Positions 56,137 to 64,000 of a DNA stretch of 64,000 nt are shown here, in pieces. The translations under genes were made by a program, and so were the position numbers. The stretch comes from Nitrospiraceae bacterium (GTDB lineage: Bacteria > Nitrospirota > Nitrospiria > Nitrospirales > Nitrospiraceae). Each line of letters opens with the position of its first letter. Within the stretch, counting starts at the first letter, position 1. The DNA is taken from contig JBFWWG010000001.1 in the NCBI GenBank assembly GCA_050246315.1, positions 128,001-192,000 of the forward strand, given 5' to 3'. The notes below the pieces were generated by a model. The model saw only the letters and a program-made list of their open reading frames with translations, was not told where the DNA came from and searched no databases.

Positions 56137-57674
56137 CGCTTGAACTCCTTCCAGAGCCGAAAGGCGCCGAGGCTGGTGGTGAACACGGCCACGATGATGG
56201 TGAAGAACACCGCCAACTTGGCGTTGTGCCACAGCGCGTCGAACGCCGTAAGCCGGTGTTTCTGAATCGGAAGCTGGCCCGTTTTCGTGCGGATCTGCTT
56301 GGCCAGGCCATTGCCGACCACCGCCAGTCCCTTGCCGTCAGGCGACAGTGCGATGCGCTCGATGGTGAATTTCTCCAGCCGCTCCAAGCCAATGGCCTCA
56401 TCCTCTTTGAGCGGCAGGCTGCCGAGATGCGGATAATCGGGGAAGCTGATCGTACCTTGCCCAGTCAGCGCGCTGACTCGCTCGCCGGATGTCTCCTGCT
56501 TGGTGAAATCCAATGTTGTCACAGGTATGCCGCTGAGGAGCGAGGTTGCCGTCTCTCGTGAGGCAAAACTCGGCGAGAGGATCAGTCCATCCGATGCCGC
56601 AGCTATCTCCATCCAGGAGACTCGGTCCGGCAGGGTAATCCGATAGGTCAGCTCGTCCTGTTTCTGAAACGGAACGTCAGTCACGCCGCGTAGCTCTGCA
56701 TGGTCGGCAATCAATCGGAACGGATCATGAATCGAGAGGGCGACGGTCTCCTGTCCCGCGACCTTGATTGTGAGCCCCTCGTGGCTGCGCCCGCGTGTTG
56801 CCAACATGACGCGCGTTCCCGGCGCCACCGGCAGGGGGTCGAGCCGGATGGTTTCCTTGCCCGCGGTGAGTCCCTCCACCGTCACCCGTGGATGGCGCGT
56901 ACTGTCCTTGACGCTCACGGTGACCTTGGAGTTCGTGGCGGTCAGGGGCTTCCAGGCCGATGGCGGAAAGTCATCCGTTTCGACCTGATATTGCGACGGA
57001 TCGGCCACTTCGATCCGTTCCGGTTCAAAGGCCATCGTGGCAAACTTCTCGATGGCGATCGAGCGGAGCCCGATCCCGCCCAAGGTCGTCTTGCCTTGCC
57101 CCGTCGCCCCGACCTCAAACTCCACCCGTTCCGTGGTCAGTTCGACTTGGACCCGCGCGGCAAGAGGCCACAGCATAAGCCCAACCGCCACGATCGCCGC
57201 TATGGCCGTCGGCAGACTCACGAGCCAGAATGGATGCATTCGTTTCCACCAAGGCCTCTGACCGATTTGGACTTGCCTTGGCGGACTCTTGACGAGTCGT
57301 TCGATATCTTTGAGGAGTTGCGAAAATCCAGGATGATCGATGCCCGCTTCCCAATCCACGAGGGATTGAAAGGTCCGTTGGGTAAAGCCGAGCGGGATGT
57401 CGCTCTTGTCAATTTTGACGGGGAGATATTTTTCTTGATTCTTGGCTTCGGCAGCTTCCGCTTGAACCCACTCGGACTCGACGGATTGTTCGGACCACAC
57501 GACAATCGCGCATTTCGCTGCTCCGAGTTCCTGCCTGATGACGGTGTTGAACGATCCGCCGGTTGGAATGTTGCGATCCCACCAGACGGACCAGCCATAG
57601 GTTCCCAATGTCTTGGCAAGCTTCTCGACCCAGGGACGGTCCTTGCTCGAATAGCTGATGAAGATGTCGCTCAT
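56133..57674 (-). CDS. TIR-domain membrane protein (TIR-TM-large beta-rich domain-TM)
   Basis: DIFISYSSKD, VWWDRNI, SVESEWVQAE; hydrophobic segments near residues 150-172 and at the C-terminus. Confidence 0.88.
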   Translation of the reverse strand: MSDIFISYSSKDRPWVEKLAKTLGTYGWSVWWDRNIPTGGSFNTVIRQELGAAKCAIVVWSEQSVESEWVQAEAAEAKNQEKYLPVKIDKSDIPLGFTQRTFQSLVDWEAGIDHPGFSQLLKDIERLVKSPPRQVQIGQRPWWKRMHPFWLVSLPTAIAAIVAVGLMLWPLAARVQVELTTERVEFEVGATGQGKTTLGGIGLRSIAIEKFATMAFEPERIEVADPSQYQVETDDFPPSAWKPLTATNSKVTVSVKDSTRHPRVTVEGLTAGKETIRLDPLPVAPGTRVMLATRGRSHEGLTIKVAGQETVALSIHDPFRLIADHAELRGVTDVPFQKQDELTYRITLPDRVSWMEIAAASDGLILSPSFASRETATSLLSGIPVTTLDFTKQETSGERVSALTGQGTISFPDYPHLGSLPLKEDEAIGLERLEKFTIERIALSPDGKGLAVVGNGLAKQIRTKTGQLPIQKHRLTAFDALWHNAKLAVFFTIIVAVFTTSLGAFRLWKEFKR

Positions 57675-57701
57675 GGGCGAGACTCAGGTCTCGATGGCAC
57701 A

Positions 57702-58475
57702 CTACCGTGCTGTAGGCCGGTGAAAGAACCGCACGGTCTGTTGCAGGGGCTGATTCGTGTCGAGAAAATAGCCGTTACAGACCAGGGAGTACTGGCCTTC
57801 CCTCGCGCCTCCCGCGTCCCACCGCACGGTGAAGGGACGGCCGCCGGGAATGCGGCGAAACGATTGTGTCATGCGCTCCGACGGTTCACCTTCCCGATAG
57901 ATTTTGCAGGACAGCCGCGCATCTCCGTTGGTTTTCATCGTGAAGAAATACCCGCCGATCTTCTCGGGCGGCTTCCTGTGATAGAGAATTGCCGGCGCAA
58001 TGTCCTCAACCGAGGCCGGCGTGTCCTTCTTGAGACGAATCAACACGCCTAGATCGTATACGTTGAGCTTCTGATCCAACTGCCGCAGCACCGTTCCCGT
58101 CGGCCAGGTGAACTCATTCACCTCATTGGCCTGCCACCGCCTTGGTGGTTTCACGTTGTTGTCGAGCCAATAGTACAGGCGGTAATCCTGTTCCCTGACG
58201 GTCAGATGAACAGGAGTCTGGCCTTGGAGGTAGAAGGCCACCCGAAGCTGGTCTGGCAGTTGCTCGGCAGGCTCCTGGTAATCGACCAGGGCGGAGATCA
58301 CCTCGATATCATAGCCGGAAACCGGCTTGGGCCTGATGCCTTCGTTGTAATCTCCGCGCTTTTGATAATCCAGGCTTGATTCGGCGCCAACAGCCTGAGG
58401 CAGCAGGAAGAGAACAAGAAGGAAAAGGACCTGTGTGAACTTGAGAACCATGGCAGACACCGAAGGGCGGGTCAT
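57702..58475 (-). CDS. Exported hypothetical protein
   Basis: Signal peptide VLFLLVLFLLPQAVGA; ends 27 bp before the TIR gene start. Confidence 0.75.
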   Translation of the reverse strand: MTRPSVSAMVLKFTQVLFLLVLFLLPQAVGAESSLDYQKRGDYNEGIRPKPVSGYDIEVISALVDYQEPAEQLPDQLRVAFYLQGQTPVHLTVREQDYRLYYWLDNNVKPPRRWQANEVNEFTWPTGTVLRQLDQKLNVYDLGVLIRLKKDTPASVEDIAPAILYHRKPPEKIGGYFFTMKTNGDARLSCKIYREGEPSERMTQSFRRIPGGRPFTVRWDAGGAREGQYSLVCNGYFLDTNQPLQQTVRFFHRPTAR

Positions 58476-58498
58476 GAGCCACAGATGCGATCGAAATC

Positions 58499-58653
58499 AG
58501 AAGTCATTTCAAAACCCTCCGCCCACCCGGTTCGATCAACTCACCGCAGGCTTCGACGGGCTCAGAGCGAACGGACATGCTCATGAAAACATCCTATTTC
58601 TCCGTTCGTGCTGAGCCTGTCGAAGCACGGTCACGAGGTTTGATATGACTTCT
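58499..58653. mobile_element. MITE-like element enclosing a REP-like pair
   Basis: TIRs AGAAGTCATTTCAAAACC / GGTTTGATATGACTTCT; internal GCTCAGAGCGAACGG and CCGTTCGTGCTGAGC. Confidence 0.65.
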
Positions 58654-58830
58654 AGCTCGCTGGCCTGGATTGGGCGGTAGTGTAGCGGATATGGGTACGT
58701 GAATCTAGCGAGCTAAAACGGACTTGGGCAGGATGAGAGAGAAATACGTGTATTTCGGGGAGCTTTCCTTAATCGCTTCGAACCGGGGGGCGCCGGATTG
58801 GGCCAGGCCTTCGTCCTGATCTCATTCGAT

Positions 58831-59247
58831 TCACGGTTTGAGATCAAAGCTCGGGCAGTGTCGTGGACGAACCAAAGAGAAATGTCGTCGATCCGTTGTC
58901 AACAATTCATTGATCTTGAGCCGTTCCGCCACGGCCACAACCGAGGCGTCCACAAATCCGAGAGCGGCGTCTGAATATTTCGCCATCACCTCGACGGTTC
59001 GCGTCAGATCGTGAATACTCAAAAATTCGACCTTCACTTCCTTTCGATGCAGGGAACGGGCGAATTCTATCTCCACGTGTGCACCTAAATGAGCATCGAT
59101 CAAATAGCACGCCTCCGGCAGCACCGTGATCGGCACAATGAGGCGTCGAGGGAGAGCCGTCAAGAACGCGACGATACGCTCATGCCAACTGTCATCCCGA
59201 TCAACCATGGCGTACAAAGGACCAGTGTCCACCAGAATGGGCTTCAT
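58831..59247 (-). CDS. vapC: VapC PIN-domain toxin
   Basis: ILVDTG, VLPEACY, GFVDASVVA, TTDRRHF. Confidence 0.92.
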   Translation of the reverse strand: MKPILVDTGPLYAMVDRDDSWHERIVAFLTALPRRLIVPITVLPEACYLIDAHLGAHVEIEFARSLHRKEVKVEFLSIHDLTRTVEVMAKYSDAALGFVDASVVAVAERLKINELLTTDRRHFSLVRPRHCPSFDLKP

Positions 59248-59483
59248 TTCTTCAATTTATGGGGAGCGGTCCAGAGAAGCTCTTCGACCCGTTCGGCAAT
59301 ATCTTTTCTCCCGCTTCTCCCGATGCCGAGAAACGATGGGAGGGCTCCTGAGCCCTGATGTCTATCGACAAATTCTTCCAGCGCGCGCCGAATGGCACCC
59401 GATAGGCTGATGCGCTCTTTCTTCGCGATGTGTCTCAACGCGTCCAACAAGGCCTCATCGGCAAAAATAGTCGTTCGTTTCAT
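59244..59483 (-). CDS. vapB: RHH/CopG antitoxin
   Basis: MKRTTIFADEALLDALRHIAKKERISLSGAIRRALEEF; overlaps toxin start. Confidence 0.88.
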   Translation of the reverse strand: MKRTTIFADEALLDALRHIAKKERISLSGAIRRALEEFVDRHQGSGALPSFLGIGRSGRKDIAERVEELLWTAPHKLKK

Positions 59484-59637
59484 GCATACACCAACGTATG
59501 CGATATAGTACAATTGTACGCATACATCGTCAAGGCTGGAAATTTCACAGGCTGCTCGTGCAACCGGCAAGAGACACGGGACTGATGGAAGCTCCGGCCA
59601 CGATGGTGGTGAACCGATGGTGCTTCAGAACTTCGTT

Positions 59638-60636
59638 TCACTCGCTCTCATCCGGAAGGCCGCCCGATTTCGCCACATCTTCCGTCTTGATCTTGTCCGG
59701 ATTGAATTTCTCGGCGGCCTGTCTCATCTTCTGGATGGTCTCATCAAAGGCGGGCGGCGGCGCGTCCTTCGGGCGGAAACGAATCGGGTTCACGCGGGCG
59801 ACGACGAAACTCTTGAGATACGGACTGGTGAGGCCGCGGGCCTTCAAGGCCTCGACCTGTTTGACTACCTGATCGTCCAGCTCCAGCACCGTCTTGGCCC
59901 GCTGCTGCCGGACCGTCATCGCCGCCTGCATGGGTCTGGTGAGGAACGCATCCACCCGTTTCAACACCGGATGATACGCGCCGCCGCTGAATCGAGGTCG
60001 CTCCTCATAACAGAGCCCCAACGTGATCAACGCCGGCTCCTCGAATTCCAGGGCATAGGTCTCTTCGGACGATTCATCGAGACGGGCGAGCTCCCGATAC
60101 ATCCGGATGACCTCCAGCGATTTCTCCCGCAGGTTATGCGCCTTCTCCGTATTGAGGGCCAGAATCTGATAGGCCGCGGCCGGCTCGGGAACCACGATGG
60201 CGGTGATGCTCTTCGCCCCCAGCGTTTTCATCGACGAGAGCCGGTGGTGGCCGTTGGGTGTCCAATACTTGATCCCGCCCTCCGCATGGGCTCCGGCGCG
60301 CACGGCGATGATTGGATCGAGGAACCGCCCCAGCTTGCTGATGACGGCCTCCAACTTGCGCACATGAGTATCCGACAGATTCCGCTGGTAGGGCGTCGGG
60401 GCGACCAGGTCGATCGGAAGCGCCGCCATGACCAGCCACTTGCCTCCGTACGGCTCCCGGTACGTCGCCAGCGCCTTGCCGCCGTCCTCTTCGATGGTCC
60501 GATGCAATGAGATCACGTCGCCGGGCGGAGCCGCGGCCTGCAACTCGTCCGCGGCCAGCCCAACCGATGCGCCGGCCGGCTTCCTACGCCGTCGTCCTCC
60601 GGTCGATGCAGCCTTCTTCGGTTTCTTTTCAGCCAT
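59638..60636 (-). CDS. ParB/Srx N-terminal domain protein with basic N-terminal tail
   Basis: PIDLVAPTPYQR, FLDPIIAVR, NGHHRL. Confidence 0.8.
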   Translation of the reverse strand: MAEKKPKKAASTGGRRRRKPAGASVGLAADELQAAAPPGDVISLHRTIEEDGGKALATYREPYGGKWLVMAALPIDLVAPTPYQRNLSDTHVRKLEAVISKLGRFLDPIIAVRAGAHAEGGIKYWTPNGHHRLSSMKTLGAKSITAIVVPEPAAAYQILALNTEKAHNLREKSLEVIRMYRELARLDESSEETYALEFEEPALITLGLCYEERPRFSGGAYHPVLKRVDAFLTRPMQAAMTVRQQRAKTVLELDDQVVKQVEALKARGLTSPYLKSFVVARVNPIRFRPKDAPPPAFDETIQKMRQAAEKFNPDKIKTEDVAKSGGLPDESE

Positions 60637-60731
60637 GGCAGTCCGCTTATGGTAGGCCATCACTCGAAGAGAAAGAAAGCCCCGGCACACTCCGGCACGG
60701 CCTTTCCTGATAGCATGAGGAGGAGAGACTC

Positions 60732-61412
60732 ATGAACCGAATCATCAAGGTCGGTCACCGCGGGGCTGCCGGCTACGCACCGGAAAATACCTTGGCCTCG
60801 CTGCAATACGCGATCAATCTGGGCCTCGACTTCGCCGAGTTCGATGTCCGCCGGTCGCAGGACGGCGTGCTGATCCTCCTGCACGACAAGACGGTGGACC
60901 GGACGACCAATGGCAAGGGCCCCGTGGACCACTTCTCCTTCCGCGATCTGAAGGCGCTGGATGCAGGCCACGGGAACTCGATTCCCTCGGTAGAAGAAGC
61001 CTTGCGCCTGGCGGATGGGAAGATCGGCCTAATCCTTGAACTGAAAGCGCCGGGCATTGCGCAGGACTGCATCGAGATCGTCCGGCATCTCCGGTTTCAC
61101 GGTCCGGTGATCTATGCATCGTTCTTGCTGGAAGAGCTGGCCAACCTCCACGATGCCGATCAGCGGGTATCGGCCATGGCGCTGTTCTCCAACCTTCCTT
61201 CGGATCCGCGCGGCATCGTCGCCAGAGTGCGTCCCACCCACGCCACCCATGTCGGCCTCCGGCATGACACCGTGACGCCGGAACTCATCCAGGATCTGCA
61301 CCAAGCCGGCCGGCTTGTCTTCGCCTATACGGCCAACGAACCGGCCGACATCGAGCGGCTCAAGACAGCCGGCATCGACGGGATTATCTCGGATTATCCC
61401 GACCGACTTTGA
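60732..61412 (+). CDS. Glycerophosphodiester phosphodiesterase
   Basis: GHRG...PENTL, EFDV, LHD..VDRTT, ELK, GIISDYP. Confidence 0.93.
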   Translation: MNRIIKVGHRGAAGYAPENTLASLQYAINLGLDFAEFDVRRSQDGVLILLHDKTVDRTTNGKGPVDHFSFRDLKALDAGHGNSIPSVEEALRLADGKIGLILELKAPGIAQDCIEIVRHLRFHGPVIYASFLLEELANLHDADQRVSAMALFSNLPSDPRGIVARVRPTHATHVGLRHDTVTPELIQDLHQAGRLVFAYTANEPADIERLKTAGIDGIISDYPDRL

Positions 61413-61493
61413 CGGAATTTGGTTAAGGGTGAGGCATCGGCTTGTTTGATTGTTTGTCCGGCTCACCCGTGAGATTGGAGAGAGAGGCCCGTT

Positions 61494-62417
61494 TCAACCT
61501 GATGGCCTGAACCGCTTGAGGAGACTTCGAGGGATGTCGAATGAATATCGGATCTGCACGGCCACGTATTTCTGGATCAACCCTGGGCGATCAAGAGGCC
61601 GATCCTCTTCACGATAGACGGCGAACTCGTAGTCCCGCCAACGGACCGCGAGCCCGATGATCCAATCCAACTCGGTCGGCCTCAGGTTGTTGCTGGATTC
61701 GCGGTCGGAGAAGAGATTGGCATCGGCATAGAGCACGACCTTGTTATTGTACAGATCAAGATCCGCATGCGCGACATAGCGAAAGAGCGCCGTACCGGTG
61801 TTGTCGGGGCGGGCAAAGTAGTTATGGTTATAAAACAGCCAGCCGGCGCCCGCATAGGCGGTCAGGTTCTGGCGGGGAAAGGTCCGACGCCACCAGGCAG
61901 AGTCTTGGATCGCCACAAAGCGGCCGGTCGCTAACACATCTCCGTACTCCTGAGAGAGCGTTCGCCGATCGAGCCCCGCATCGCGCTCGTACTGAATCCG
62001 CCAACTCCAGCGATCGATGGAGCCGGTAAACGCATAGGTGCCGTCCCACTCGGATAACTCGATCCAGCCGTTCGTCCGATCCGAGAAAAAGTTCTGATCG
62101 GTATAGAACTGCAAGTACTCCTTGTACAGGTCGGTTTCCAGATGGATCATGTGCCGGAGCCCGACCAGGCCGGTGTTGTCGGGACGGGCGGCAAAGGTCG
62201 GATTGTAGGGGAACGCCGCCGTGAGCAAATAGCCGCTGAACAACGATTCTTGCTCTGGGTCGTTGGAATCCGGCCCCTCCATCGACGGCAGCGGCCTTCC
62301 GTACTTCTCCAGGGCCGCCACCGGGAGCGGTTCAAAACAAAGCCACGCGAAGACGAGACTCGCCCACCAGGCAGCCGCAATCCGGCAATGGCGTGTTTCT
62401 CGGGTACGACCGGCCAT
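61494..62417 (-). CDS. Exported, probably outer-membrane beta-barrel protein with internal duplication
   Basis: Signal-like segment, aromatic-rich strands, two homologous halves. Confidence 0.7.
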   Translation of the reverse strand: MAGRTRETRHCRIAAAWWASLVFAWLCFEPLPVAALEKYGRPLPSMEGPDSNDPEQESLFSGYLLTAAFPYNPTFAARPDNTGLVGLRHMIHLETDLYKEYLQFYTDQNFFSDRTNGWIELSEWDGTYAFTGSIDRWSWRIQYERDAGLDRRTLSQEYGDVLATGRFVAIQDSAWWRRTFPRQNLTAYAGAGWLFYNHNYFARPDNTGTALFRYVAHADLDLYNNKVVLYADANLFSDRESSNNLRPTELDWIIGLAVRWRDYEFAVYREEDRPLDRPGLIQKYVAVQIRYSFDIPRSLLKRFRPSG

Positions 62418-62551
62418 AGGAATCCTCTGTTCGCGCCAGCGCGAGCGAGAGGATGGGTGTCGGACAGAGTGCCCAGTCCTCAAGTCACGAAGGCACGGAA
62501 TCCAGATTGTTCTTTACCAGAAATTCGCGCGAAAGATCGATGAGGAAACGG

Positions 62552-62971
62552 TTACGAGCAGGGATCGAAAATGGCTTCGCATTGGTCGGTCGCATCGGCT
62601 GAGGAAGGCACCGATTGGTACTGGGCGGCGGTCACGACATCACCTTCAAGCGAGACAGTCGCCCAACAGGCAGGGTGGATGGCCGGCACCGTGCTCTTCG
62701 ACCCCACAACCGACCGCTCAAGGATGGGCGTATGCCGGTAATAGGTCAGGAGGGCATGGTCCGCCTGGTTGGTTTCACGGAGCGGGGGGCCGGCACAGGC
62801 GAGGAGGTCTTGCCGGGACTTTCCAATAATGGCCCGCTGATTGGGAAACAGCTCGTTTTGCCCGTTCTGACTCGGAGGTGTCGCACAACCGACGAGGCAG
62901 AGAACCCCTAGGGCGACAAGTAGGAGTCGGGAGATCGCATGGCGATGAGAACGGGAGGTCATGCCGTTCAT
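62552..62971 (-). CDS. Small lipoprotein
   Basis: Lipobox LVGC; IGKSRQDLLACAG; four further Cys. Confidence 0.7.
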   Translation of the reverse strand: MNGMTSRSHRHAISRLLLVALGVLCLVGCATPPSQNGQNELFPNQRAIIGKSRQDLLACAGPPLRETNQADHALLTYYRHTPILERSVVGSKSTVPAIHPACWATVSLEGDVVTAAQYQSVPSSADATDQCEAIFDPCS

Positions 62972-63629
62972 CGGTCGTTTCCGCGGGAAACTCAACAATG
63001 AAGGGGGCAATGCATCGCCACAAACGCCACGGGCCACCGATGCTGACGAGGCGGGAGGTGGCCCGTGGTTGGCGCTTGTGACGCCAAAGGTAGCTGTTCA
63101 GTTGTCATTGAGACTCGCGCAAGGAGGAACCGTGTCGCTTCTGGCCTCGGGGGAGACGGTCGTCAATCCCAGGCGCTTGCGTTCCTCATGCACAGGACCG
63201 CTTCTCCGCTCATCACTTGCGTGTGGCTGTTCTTGCTGTCTCGTGCCGAGAGGCACAGCCGCTGGAGAATCGGCCTGCATGACCGAGCAGAAGTCTAGTC
63301 CTGCCTCGGCGAGCCAACCTGACCCGGTGGCGTCAGATCGCTCATGGCGCACCCCCTTTCATCGTGGAATGATCCGGGGCTCTATCAACAGGCGCGCACT
63401 GTTTCGTCCCCGGTACCCTTCCGATCGTATTCACCCACGGCCATCGACTTGGATGGCCCGAACTGAATCGTACCGACCCTCAGGACGCAGCCCCTATCTA
63501 CTCCTGTTGCATAGACCTGTCAACGTCGAAAATAGCCCGATCGGATGGCTGAATTTCGCAGCATGCTTCTTGGCCGCCCTCACGACGGGTCCCTAACCAT
63601 AGCGCCCGCTTCAGCGGGCAGCGTCGAGG

Positions 63630-64000
63630 CTAGTCAATCACGAGCCGCTCCCAATCGATGTCCGCTGATGGCTTGGGGCGGCCCAGTCTCATCGCTTCCA
63701 GCGCTTCCACCACCACATGCGCGACAAGCAGATTGCGAAACCACTTTCTGTTCGCCGGTACGATGTACCAGGGTGCCGCGTCGGTGCTGGTCTTCGAGAT
63801 CACATCCTCGAAGCCCCGGAGATAATCGTCCCACAGTTTCCGTTCCTCCAGATCGCCTTCGTTGAACTTCCATCGTTTCTCCGGGTTCTGAACGCGCTCC
63901 AGCAGCCGCCGTTTTTGCTCGTCTTTGGAAATGTACAGGAAGAACTTCAGAATCGCGGTTCCGCTTTCGGTCAACAACTCCTCGAATTCTCTGATCTGGT
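63630..64000 (-). CDS. ppk2: Polyphosphate kinase 2 family protein, C-terminal part (5' end outside window)
   Basis: LKFFLYISKDEQKRRL, KRWKFNEGDL, TSTDAAPWYIVPANRKW. Confidence 0.93.
   Translation of the reverse strand, partial: QIREFEELLTESGTAILKFFLYISKDEQKRRLLERVQNPEKRWKFNEGDLEERKLWDDYLRGFEDVISKTSTDAAPWYIVPANRKWFRNLLVAHVVVEALEAMRLGRPKPSADIDWERLVID

Noticed and set aside
56700..58052. Long antisense ORFs (also 21113-22375, 31751-32932, 59617-60510)
   Set aside because: Shadow ORFs opposite well-supported genes, expected at high GC

Overview
GC-rich bacterial chromosome segment whose gene content and repeats look Nitrospira-like (inference). Left part: a 5'-truncated TPR protein, a PIN/RHH toxin-antitoxin pair with a damaged antitoxin start, tRNA-Leu(CAG), a degenerate SF1-helicase-like gene, rplI-glyA-nrdR with a NarL-type two-component system, and divergent Cus-like and Czc-like RND efflux loci. 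The Czc locus has a His-rich RAPP leader and a decayed czcC. Middle: a cluster of micro-ORFs and TPR genes with its own sigma-54 two-component system, an Ehr-type hyfBCEFGI operon lacking NiFe ligands, and a convergent dabB-dabA-PII-kinase-sigma-54 regulator operon. Right part: lpxC, a 12-aa basic micropeptide with promoter and terminator, suhB and housekeeping genes, a TIR-membrane protein/trypsin/FGE cluster interrupted by a GIY-YIG gene with REP-like arrays, a second VapBC pair, a ParB-like gene, a GDPD gene and a partial ppk2. Strongest novel candidates: (1) a self-contained sigma-54 regulon (four TGCAA-N3-TTGCA palindromes plus -24/-12 sites) containing three CxxC-x17-CxxC microproteins, two absent from the ORF track; (2) a TIR-TM-periplasmic protein clustered with three secreted trypsin-like proteases that lack the canonical catalytic Asp; (3) the MATKKAAKKKKK micropeptide transcript; (4) the His-rich RAPP leader of czcBA. 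All calls come from manual reading; no database searches were run.
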